43,961 nt of DNA. It comes from a virus. The notes below the pieces were generated by a model that had not been told where the DNA came from, searched no databases, and saw only the letters and a list, made by a program, of their open reading frames with translations. Below, one piece after another: positions 19,202 to 26,727 of this stretch; the stretch's first letter is position 1; every line of letters starts with the position of its first letter. The translations under genes were made by a program, and so were the position numbers. The DNA is taken from IMG/VR virus record IMGVR_UViG_3300010355_000140; one strand, given 5' to 3'.

Positions 19202-20125
19202 TCAGCGTTGGGCGGACTCCGAAATCAGGCGGTTATACTCGGCCTGCGCATGCGCGTGCTGCGCATGGGAGGCGTCATAGAATGCCGCATGGAGCGGGTG
19301 TTTGTCATCACTGAGGATGTTCCGTGCCAGCTGGAGTTTGCCCTCGGCGGTCTGTCCCTCCGGGGAGAGGTTGAGTTCCTTGAGGGTGCCGGGTGAAATC
19401 TTCTCGTGAATCTTGGACAGGGAAACCACCAGCGTGGGGTTGCTGATAAGGTCGTCCTTGGTAAGATTCAACCCAAGCAGGTCGTGGGCCGCTTGGGCGT
19501 TCGAGACGGTGCGATCGAAGTTGGCATCGCCAACCGCTTTCTTGATCTCGGCCTTGGAGGTTTCGATCCGGGTGAAGTCAGCGGTCTTGAATGCCGCAGC
19601 TTCCTTGCCAGCCTGCTCGATCTGGAACGCCACCATCTTCGACATGACCGCAGGGTCGATGCCGTTCTGGATGCCATACTGAGCAGCTTGTTCAAGCAGC
19701 TCTTTCGGCAGGACGACTCCCTCGGGGAGAGACTTTTCATCCGGCAGACCCAGCTTGCCAAGGTAGCCAGCGGTGTCCTTCGGAATCTCCACGGTGCCGC
19801 CCTTCTTGAGCGTGTCGTTCTCCTGCGTGAGCCGGTTGATGGTAGCCGTCGCTTCGTTCGCGGATTTCACCATGTCCGGGAAATTCTTGAACGTGAGGTT
19901 TTTCGCCTCGTCGCCGAAGTTGGATTGCCAGCCATCGGCGAACGTATAGTCGGCTCCCATGAAGGAAGCGCCGGTCGCACCGGTAGCGCCAGTGGCTCCG
20001 GTTGCGCCGGGAGCTGGACCAGTGGCTCCGGTTGCGCCGGGAGCTGGACCAGTGGCACCGCCGCCGGGTTCAGGCTCGGGTGAACGGAGGACGTTGAGGA
20101 AGTGGTTGAAACGATTGGGGTTCAT
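19202..20125 (-). CDS. putative scaffolding protein with N-terminal GAT/GPAP triplet-like tract
   Basis: 307 aa, helical and acidic, lying between portal and capsid. The N-terminus [34 protein letters not shown] is encoded by a 30-nt tandem duplication. Confidence 0.55.
   Translation of the reverse strand: MNPNRFNHFLNVLRSPEPEPGGGATGPAPGATGATGPAPGATGATGATGATGASFMGADYTFADGWQSNFGDEAKNLTFKNFPDMVKSANEATATINRLTQENDTLKKGGTVEIPKDTAGYLGKLGLPDEKSLPEGVVLPKELLEQAAQYGIQNGIDPAVMSKMVAFQIEQAGKEAAAFKTADFTRIETSKAEIKKAVGDANFDRTVSNAQAAHDLLGLNLTKDDLISNPTLVVSLSKIHEKISPGTLKELNLSPEGQTAEGKLQLARNILSDDKHPLHAAFYDASHAQHAHAQAEYNRLISESAQR
19990..20061. repeat. 30-nt tandem repeat (2.4 copies) ccagtggctccggttgcgccgggagctgga
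   Basis: Perfect copies at 19990-20019 and 20020-20049, with a partial third copy. In frame (GATGPAPGAT). Confidence 0.9.
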
Positions 20126-20153
20126 TGGATGTATCTGGTCGGTATAGCCGGGG

Positions 20154-20726
20154 TTAGTTCACTCCCTTCAAGCGACCGGCATATCGCTTGCGGAAAATTT
20201 CAGGGTCCATGTGTTCGCGGGCGTGTTCGACGAACGCAGGGGTCAGGTCGCCAAGGTTGCCGTCCTGCTCCGGGTAGCCAGTCAGATCGACCGCATCGGC
20301 AAAGCGTTCCGGCAGGCGCTCGGTGGTGAGGGTGTGTTCGCGGAGCTTCCGGTTCTCGTCATTGAGACGGGCGTTCTCACGCTGGACTTCACCCAGCTCG
20401 TGGCGGAGGTCGGCGATGATCTGCTTGTCGGACTTCTTGGTCTCCTTCACCTCGGGGACAACTGGCTCGGTCACGACCGGCTCGGTCACGACTGGCTCGG
20501 TCACGACTGGCTCGGTGATGGTTTCCTCGGGCGGAGCTTCGTCCTTGGAATTGGTGCCGGTCAGGATGCGTTGAACTTCGGTCTCCACGCTGCCGGAGTA
20601 TTTCTGGAACTCGTCCTTCGTGTAGAAGGTAGCTTCCTGAACGGGGTCAAAGGTTGCGATCACAACGTCTTCCCGGAGGATTTCGTAGATGTCGCCATTT
20701 CGTTTGTTCGAGTATTTCGATGCCAT
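20154..20726 (-). CDS. hypothetical protein with 4x PVVTE repeat and coiled-coil
   Basis: 190 aa. TEPVVTEPVVTEPVVTEPVVPE, then DKQIIADLRHELGEVQRENARLNDENRKLRE. Confidence 0.6.
   Translation of the reverse strand: MASKYSNKRNGDIYEILREDVVIATFDPVQEATFYTKDEFQKYSGSVETEVQRILTGTNSKDEAPPEETITEPVVTEPVVTEPVVTEPVVPEVKETKKSDKQIIADLRHELGEVQRENARLNDENRKLREHTLTTERLPERFADAVDLTGYPEQDGNLGDLTPAFVEHAREHMDPEIFRKRYAGRLKGVN
20461..20520. repeat. 15-nt tandem repeat x4 (ac[ct]ggctcggtcacg)
   Basis: Read directly. Encodes the PVVTE repeats. Confidence 0.9.
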
Positions 20727-20735
20727 GGTGCTGTT

Positions 20736-20978
20736 TTAATGGTGGAATTTAGCCAGCCAGTCAACCACTTGTTTGTGGCCATCCCGTGTCGCAGCCATGA
20801 TGACACAGTTGTCAGCTGGGTTACTAGCCAGTTCTTCGGCACGGAAAGATGGCTGGTCAGCCTCCCACGCCTCGCGGAGTGCGAGAAGGGCATCCTCCCG
20901 GACCACGGGGTCCGGGCTGAAAATCCTCATGATCCGCGCCCGGAAATCGGCGTTCTTGCGTTTCTGGTCAGTGGTCAT
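20736..20978 (-). CDS. hypothetical protein (80 aa)
   Basis: Its ATG overlaps the portal TGA as ATGA (20975-20978), indicating translational coupling. Confidence 0.5.
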   Translation of the reverse strand: MTTDQKRKNADFRARIMRIFSPDPVVREDALLALREAWEADQPSFRAEELASNPADNCVIMAATRDGHKQVVDWLAKFHH

Positions 20979-22636
20979 TGGCCGGGCATGAGTTTATTCT
21001 GGATCGATGGCGGGAGCTTGGTCGCAAGGTCCGCTGCCGCATACTGCTGCTGCTGCTGGGCGGCTGCGTTCGCGGCTGCGACCTTGTTCTTGAGAATCTC
21101 GGCCACCTGTTCCTTCGTGCGGAGGAATGGTCCCTTGAAGCCGAACGTGCGGGCCAGCTCGCGGGTGTGGACGGCAAGGTCGAACTCGTCGAGGACATCG
21201 CGGTCGTATTGCGCGATGTTGGCCAGACGGGTGAGGAACATGTCGGAGTTCTCCACCACCTTGCGTTGAAGCACACGGGACAGGTTGGTCTGGAAGCTCA
21301 CCAGCGGGTCCGGCACGGTCTGACCGTCCGGGGAATCGCGGATCAGCTGGGCAGGCGGTGGCGGGAAGATACCGGCGCGGAGGCAGATGCCGAACACGCG
21401 GCGTCCCAGCATCGGGTTCTGGTCCGCCTCGAAGCGGGCGTTGACACCGACAAAGAGCATCTCCGACTGGTTCTGGATCGCACGCACCTCTTCGGCGGTC
21501 ATCTCCTTTTCGACGCGGGCGAGGTCGGCCCACATGCCGTGATAGAAGAGCTTCCGAATCTGGTTCTGCTTGTCGGCGATGCGGTCCTTGCCCAACGGGT
21601 AGTTGCCGCCGGTCAGCCACTCGCGGACGCCACCGTTGGTGGTAGCCAGACCACCGGCACGCACGAGCGTCTTCGCGCCGGGGCGCATGTCGATCTCGCC
21701 GACCATGCCTGCCTCGGCAAGCACACGCGGGTTGACTTGAAGGTCGAGCAGGAGGTCGAGCTGTTCCTGCATGAAGTTGGCTTGGGCGATGGCTGGCATC
21801 GCCTTGCGGACCGGGGACACACCCCACACGCTGCCGTCGAGACCTTTCTGGAACCGCGAGACCATACCGATGAACTCATACTGGCCGGTTTCTTCGATGC
21901 AGTTCTGGTCTTCTTCGCAGAGGTAGCATTCCATGTATGGCATGTTGGTGCTGTCCATGTAGCCGGGCGTGCGCTCCTCGCGTGGCTTGACGATGTGCCA
22001 GATGGTGAACTTCTTCGTGGAGCGTTCCTGCGCGTTGGCCAGAGCCTTGTTGACATTGCTGCCGAATTTGCCCTTGGGGAACTGCTTGATGAGCTGGGCG
22101 GCGGTCGCTTGGAACTTGATGCGGATCGCATCGGCCACACCATCCAAGTCTTCGTTGAACGTGTAGCTGCCGATCGGGTGATGGCGGAAACGGAAAGGGG
22201 CGAGCCGGTTGCCGGTCTCATAGCAGAGAAGCATCCCGGTGCCGACCGTGGCGCGGTCGTTGTTGACCTGCGCCATGAGGGTGGCGAAGTTGGATTGGTT
22301 CACCAGCTTCATCGCACGGTAGCTGCACTCGGCATACCATTCGATGACCTGTTCGTCGCGGTCGAACTCGAACGTCGGTGTCCAGATGAGGAACTGCTGG
22401 CCAGCTGGGGTCAGCTGGGCAGTCATCATGTTGGCGAGACCTTCGGCGCTTTCGATGACGGTCGTGTCATGAATGCGCACCATGTCATCAGCCGGGATAC
22501 CGATCGCGGTCCGCGTGATGTAGGCGTTCTGCGGATCGACGACTTCCTTGATGGATTGCCACCACGAGTCCCAAGGGGCACGGGCGGACTGCTCCTGTTT
22601 GCAGAGGTCGAGTTCTTCCTTGACGTTGACAGGCAT
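20975..22636 (-). CDS. portal (head-tail connector) protein
   Basis: 553 aa, close to the T7 gp8 size, between the terminase and scaffold genes. The 556-aa ORF on the opposite strand is a GC shadow. Confidence 0.75.
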   Translation of the reverse strand: MPVNVKEELDLCKQEQSARAPWDSWWQSIKEVVDPQNAYITRTAIGIPADDMVRIHDTTVIESAEGLANMMTAQLTPAGQQFLIWTPTFEFDRDEQVIEWYAECSYRAMKLVNQSNFATLMAQVNNDRATVGTGMLLCYETGNRLAPFRFRHHPIGSYTFNEDLDGVADAIRIKFQATAAQLIKQFPKGKFGSNVNKALANAQERSTKKFTIWHIVKPREERTPGYMDSTNMPYMECYLCEEDQNCIEETGQYEFIGMVSRFQKGLDGSVWGVSPVRKAMPAIAQANFMQEQLDLLLDLQVNPRVLAEAGMVGEIDMRPGAKTLVRAGGLATTNGGVREWLTGGNYPLGKDRIADKQNQIRKLFYHGMWADLARVEKEMTAEEVRAIQNQSEMLFVGVNARFEADQNPMLGRRVFGICLRAGIFPPPPAQLIRDSPDGQTVPDPLVSFQTNLSRVLQRKVVENSDMFLTRLANIAQYDRDVLDEFDLAVHTRELARTFGFKGPFLRTKEQVAEILKNKVAAANAAAQQQQQYAAADLATKLPPSIQNKLMPGQ

Positions 22637-22644
22637 GATGTTGG

Positions 22645-22839
22645 TTAGCCTACGGTTTGGTTGCCACTTCCACCGACACCGGAGATGTCGGTCGGATTGG
22701 AGCGGCGGAACGCGGAGTAGTAGCCAGCGCCGTTGCGACGGCGGAGTTCTGTCTCGCGCTTCGCCTGCTCGTCGGTGGAGGAGGACGTGGTAGCCGGATC
22801 AGGTGTCGGCTCTTTCGGTGTCTTTGGCTTTGATCCCAT
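22645..22839 (-). CDS. small hypothetical protein (64 aa, basic, low complexity)
   Basis: ORF ends 9 nt before the portal ATG and overlaps the upstream gene by 41 nt. Confidence 0.35.
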   Translation of the reverse strand: MGSKPKTPKEPTPDPATTSSSTDEQAKRETELRRRNGAGYYSAFRRSNPTDISGVGGSGNQTVG

Positions 22840-23233
22840 GGCGGTGGAGGAATGCTTTTTTCATTTTCTCGAAGTCATACACCTTCTTCTCCGGTCTCGC
22901 GTCCCGTTGCCAGATCAGCTTGGGTAGCTGGGGCAGGTCGGGTGTCAGCAGATAGAAGAATTTGGCGGTGTCTCCGGCGGCGTAAATGATGTGCCACGCA
23001 TCGTGGCTAGCTGTCAATCCGTTTTCCGGGTCGAGGTCCGCGAACACGTTCAGCAGCTCCACCGGGTAGCCGGAGAAAACGGGCCGGGCGAGGATGCAGG
23101 CGTGGGCATCCGCATGGAAGCAGCCATATCGGCTGCACACCTCGATCGCCTGCCAGAGCCACGTCTTCGGCTCCACGTCCTTGTAGAAGTCGATGAACTC
23201 GCCGAACGGGGAGGGTTGCCATTCAGCGAGCAT
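22799..23233 (-). CDS. hypothetical protein (144 aa)
   Basis: ORF in the late-arm orientation. Overlaps the upstream stop by 11 nt. Confidence 0.55.
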   Translation of the reverse strand: MLAEWQPSPFGEFIDFYKDVEPKTWLWQAIEVCSRYGCFHADAHACILARPVFSGYPVELLNVFADLDPENGLTASHDAWHIIYAAGDTAKFFYLLTPDLPQLPKLIWQRDARPEKKVYDFEKMKKAFLHRHGIKAKDTERADT

Positions 23234-23609
23234 TGTTGTCGATCAGGGATTGGGTTAGGGCGGCTTCCTCGTTGGCCAGCGCCATGTAGGCGGCACCGTC
23301 GAGCAGGTCGTCAATGTCAAATGCATAGTGCGATCTGGCTAGCTTGAGGACTGCCATGAACTTCCACCCATCCTCCACCGTGAGCTGGTGCTGGAACAGG
23401 TGGTTGAATGCACTCACGCACCGCTGCATGGTGCGCTCGCCATTCGGTTGGTCACGTCGCTTGCCCCGTTCCTCGATCAGCTCCGCGCTCCTTTTCAGGA
23501 GTTGGGGTGCCGTGGGGCGCTCGCCCAAAGGCTCGCTGGTATTCGATGGTGGCGATGCTGGCAGTAACGGAATCCTCGAAGACGAGGCGCTCGGGTGTTG
23601 AGGTGTCAT
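23223..23609 (-). CDS. hypothetical protein (128 aa; conserved phage small helical protein, DUF6378-like pattern)
   Basis: C-terminal half ...DGWKFMAVLKLARSHYAFDIDDLLDGAAYMAL resembles that family's K-x-x-R ... D-x-x-D-x-x-x-Y pattern. Confidence 0.5.
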   Translation of the reverse strand: MTPQHPSASSSRIPLLPASPPSNTSEPLGERPTAPQLLKRSAELIEERGKRRDQPNGERTMQRCVSAFNHLFQHQLTVEDGWKFMAVLKLARSHYAFDIDDLLDGAAYMALANEEAALTQSLIDNNAR

Positions 23610-23648
23610 TGGTCGGTGGGGTTGGGAAAATCCATACTCGTGAGAAGA

Positions 23649-25265
23649 TCATCGGTAGCGTTGGCGGAAGTGGTTGGAACCAGCCAGTTTAGTCCTTGGC
23701 TGGACATCGTCATCGTCGAAGATGCCATCGTTGGCAAGGGCTTTCCCCAACGAGCGCGAGATCATGCCACGGCTCCATGCCTCGGCGAACGTGCGCAGCG
23801 CATCGGCACCGTGGGAGTAGTCATCGTGAACCGGCTCCATCGACCGCATCGCGCCGGTCTGCTGCTCGGCTTGGTGGTAGTTGTCCATGCACTCACGGAA
23901 CGATGGGAAAATCTTGTTGCCCCGCTGGCTCTTCCGCTCGATCGCGGTCTTGTCGAACCAGAGATATGGGAACACCCCGCGCACGTAGTTGATGCCGGTC
24001 CACGTCGCGGGAATCTTCGGCACCACCTGAACGTGGCGGAAGCCCATGCCCATGAAGCAGTCGGCCAATGCGCGGCCCGTCTCCAGACTCGTGCGGTTGC
24101 CGTCGTGCGGCAGCAGCAGGCGCACGTCGTCCACACGGTTGTCGGCCATCCACTTCTTGATGACGTTGCCGTAGTGGTCGAACAGCTCCCTATGGGAAAC
24201 GTAGTAGTTCAGGATGCGAAGCTCCTTGCCGACCGGCTGGATGAACACCAGCGGCCAGCTGTCATCCTTCCCGATGTCCATCGACACATAGACCGGCAGA
24301 CCGGGTTCGATCGGGATGCTCGTGATACGCCGCTCCGACAACGCACGCGCCATCTCGGTCTCATAGATCACCCCGTCCATGGGGGACAGGAAGCACTCCT
24401 CAAGAACTGACGGGTATTCGCCGAACCGGTTGTTCCCCAGCGGCCACGCCTCCTCCTGATACCACCGCATCTGCGCTTCGGTCAGGATGATGCCATGCTT
24501 GTCGGCAAGGTCCATGAAGTAGTCCATGCACTCACGCCGGATCGGCGAGGGGGACTCCACCTGATAGGTCTTGTCCGTGTGCCATGGGAAGAACATGACC
24601 CGCCAGCTGCGGGGGTGCTTATGCTCGTCCAGCGTGGTGAGCGCCTCTTCGGTGTATTTCCAGAGGTGGCCGTTCTTGCCGCCCTTCCAAGTCGTCTCCA
24701 CGAGGATGACCCCTTTCCGTGCCGCTTGGATCGCACCCGTCTGGATTTCCTCCGACCGGCGCGGGTCCATGCACTGAATCCAACCCCACTCGGATACGTG
24801 CAGAAAGTTACAGTTTCCTCCCCGGTAGCCGGTCCCGGCGTAGATCGCACTTGGCGTGTCTTTTCCTGCATGAAATTTCAGGAGGTCTTCGTTGTCCTTG
24901 TCGATCACCAGATCATCGATCATGAACTGCGGCAGCTTCTCCAGAGAGACCTTGATGATGTTGGAGAGCTTCTTCGACGCCTCGGCCTGATTTCGATCGA
25001 CGATTCCCATCTCGAAGCCGGGCGAGGTGAGCGCCATGTCGGTCCCAAGGATGTCGATGCCGGTGGACATCCCTCGCCGCCGGGCTTTCGGGATGATGAT
25101 CCGCTGGTGGCCTTGGTTGATGACCGCATCAAACACCGCTTCCTGCTCCGGGAAGGGGGTGAATGGGATGATTTGGCCGGTGTCCTCTGATTTGATGTGG
25201 TAGAGGTGCCTGAGACGCCACCACGGGTCACTGAGGCGCTTGAGGAGTTCCTGTTGCTCGGTCAT
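23649..25265 (-). CDS. terL: terminase large subunit
   Basis: 538 aa. IIIPKARRRGMST is the terminase Walker-A variant (KARQxGxST type). The C-terminal half is nuclease-like. Position is upstream of the portal. Confidence 0.9.
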   Translation of the reverse strand: MTEQQELLKRLSDPWWRLRHLYHIKSEDTGQIIPFTPFPEQEAVFDAVINQGHQRIIIPKARRRGMSTGIDILGTDMALTSPGFEMGIVDRNQAEASKKLSNIIKVSLEKLPQFMIDDLVIDKDNEDLLKFHAGKDTPSAIYAGTGYRGGNCNFLHVSEWGWIQCMDPRRSEEIQTGAIQAARKGVILVETTWKGGKNGHLWKYTEEALTTLDEHKHPRSWRVMFFPWHTDKTYQVESPSPIRRECMDYFMDLADKHGIILTEAQMRWYQEEAWPLGNNRFGEYPSVLEECFLSPMDGVIYETEMARALSERRITSIPIEPGLPVYVSMDIGKDDSWPLVFIQPVGKELRILNYYVSHRELFDHYGNVIKKWMADNRVDDVRLLLPHDGNRTSLETGRALADCFMGMGFRHVQVVPKIPATWTGINYVRGVFPYLWFDKTAIERKSQRGNKIFPSFRECMDNYHQAEQQTGAMRSMEPVHDDYSHGADALRTFAEAWSRGMISRSLGKALANDGIFDDDDVQPRTKLAGSNHFRQRYR

Positions 25266-25544
25266 GGCTGGCTCTATGGGGGTGGTGGGGGGTCGATTTC
25301 AAGGCAAAACGGTGTTTTGGGGGCGGATTTCGCCGCAAAAATGAAGTTTTCTTGTGATAACTATATGGATTTTAGACAGTTAGAACGGGGGCGGGGTTGC
25401 GATAGTGATGGAATCACGTCCCGCTATATGGGGCCGGAACTTTTTTGAGACCGAAAATACCGATTTTTCTGGTGAGCTAACTAATTCAAGCTCAATGACT
25501 TAGCTATCTAGCTTGGCCCTCAATCGTAGCACGCAATGACCCCC

Positions 25545-25580
25545 ATTTAAACACTGATCGGGATAGATTACTTGTTACAA
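25545..25580 (-). promoter_or_regulatory. CTATCC-nn-ATCAGT box upstream of terL (possible late promoter or regulator site)
   Basis: Minus strand reads ttgtaacaagtaatCTATCCcgATCAGTgtttaaat. It shares the spacer box of the plus-strand promoters but lacks a correctly spaced TTGAC. Confidence 0.3.
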
Positions 25581-25670
25581 TAAAGAATAATCCGTAGTTG
25601 GTCGCACTGATTTGCAATGAGTTATGAATGCGGGCGTGTAATCGGCCCCTTGTTGAGACTGGCTAGCCGG

Positions 25671-26186
25671 TCAGAAAACGTCATCCTCTGTGACTACAAC
25701 TACCTCAACCTCAGTAGCTTGGATGGCTTGCATCCCCCCAATAGCGGCACCCAAAGCGCGTTGGATGGCCGGAGTATCCACAACCCGGCCCCGCACTTGC
25801 TCCATTTCCCGGAGCTGGGCGAGGGGGGAAATGGTATGCTTCACCTCTCCAGTTAGCTCCAGCTTGTCGCCATAAGTCTTTGGAAACCATTTGGCCAGCA
25901 ACTTGAGGATGGTCTCAATCTGCAACCGGCGTTGCATGACTTCAACCATCGTCGTGGCGGGTAGTTTGGCCAGCTCAAGGCAGTCATGGGCTAGCTTGTC
26001 GGCCCCGGCCATTCGCGCGTCCGCGATCCTTTGCGCCAGTGCGGGGTCCGCATCACGCCACCGGTAAATTGCCGTTACCTCCGGCATGCCATAATCACGG
26101 CAAATCACGGCCAAGGGGTCGCCATCGGCCAGACGCGGCAAAACTTGCGCTAAAACAGCTTCTTTGTCGTAAACAGGGGTTCCCAT
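25671..26186 (-). CDS. terS: terminase small subunit (HTH type) ending in VTEDDVF
   Basis: 171 aa. LADGDPLAVICRDYGMPEVTAIYRWRDADPALAQRIADARMAGADKLAHDCLELA fits the common TerS N-terminal HTH pattern. It is the first gene of the late arm. Confidence 0.7.
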   Translation of the reverse strand: MGTPVYDKEAVLAQVLPRLADGDPLAVICRDYGMPEVTAIYRWRDADPALAQRIADARMAGADKLAHDCLELAKLPATTMVEVMQRRLQIETILKLLAKWFPKTYGDKLELTGEVKHTISPLAQLREMEQVRGRVVDTPAIQRALGAAIGGMQAIQATEVEVVVVTEDDVF

Positions 26187-26273
26187 AAGTGCTGGCCAGC
26201 TTGCCAGCCAGCCAAACGCCGCGCAAGCAATCTTTCCCGTGCAAACCCGCCCGGATCATGGAAAAATCAAGTT

Positions 26274-26592
26274 TAGGGCATTCTCTAAAATTGCCTGCCC
26301 TTAGAGCCGTAAAGGCTAGGGCATTCTAAAAATGGAATGCCCTAGGAATGCCCTCTCATAACTCATTGATTTGCATACCCCTTAGAAAACATTAGGGCAG
26401 TAAATATAAAAATCTGAAAATTATAACATGAAGCAATTATTTCAACGTGTTTCGCCTCTCATGTCATACGTATTATGATTTTTCGAGATTTACTGCCCTA
26501 ATGCCCTAAACAGCTTTCAAGCTATTCAATATAAGCTAGTTACAGAGAGGGCATTCCTAAAATGAGAATGCCCTAGAATGCCCTAATGCCCT
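26274..26592. repeat. array of 11 AATGCCCT / AGGGCATT repeats, two palindromes and a 14-nt long-range inverted repeat around an AT-rich core
   Basis: Copies are at 26274-83, 26317-26, 26335-44, 26346-55, 26393-400 (variant), 26492-500 (variant), 26500-08, 26548-56, 26566-74, 26576-84 and 26585-92. The inverted repeat is ttagggcagtaaat 26392-26405 / atttactgccctaa 26488-26501. Confidence 0.9.
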
Positions 26593-26653
26593 GCGTTCAA
26601 ATTTGAGCATGAAAAATAAATTCCGCATTTTTCACTAAAAGCTAATTTGCCGA

Positions 26654-26682
26654 TTGACGCCAGCTATCCCCCTCAGTATATA
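26654..26682 (+). promoter_or_regulatory. promoter P1 (TTGACg-17-TATATA) with CTATCC..CTCAGT spacer box
   Basis: ttgacgccagCTATCCccCTCAGTATATA. First promoter of the plus arm. Confidence 0.7.
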
Positions 26683-26727
26683 CCGACCAGTGCTAGCACG
26701 AAGCTAGCCGCCAGAAAACAAACCAAA

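Noticed and set aside
20978-22648. Very long ORFs antisense to real genes. Examples: 556 aa opposite the portal, 522 aa at 31387-32955 opposite the primase, 473 aa at 11948-13369, 444 aa at 14818-16152, and 346 aa at 6832-7872.
   Set aside because: Their translations are Arg/Gly/Val/His-rich low-complexity sequence with no motifs. They mirror genes with clear motifs or synteny on the other strand. This is the typical shadow-ORF behaviour of GC-rich coding DNA.
26647-26727. Upstream start codons offered by the ORF track: 26647, 29597, 34476, 35346, 38024, 38710, 39773, 42139, 42539, 42991, 11832 and 19021.
   Set aside because: These extensions run through promoters, terminators or the AATGCAG elements, overlap the preceding gene heavily, or use TTG/GTG to add low-complexity residues. 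Downstream ATGs with the conserved A/C-rich leader or ATGA coupling fit better. 35346 and 19021 remain possible alternatives.
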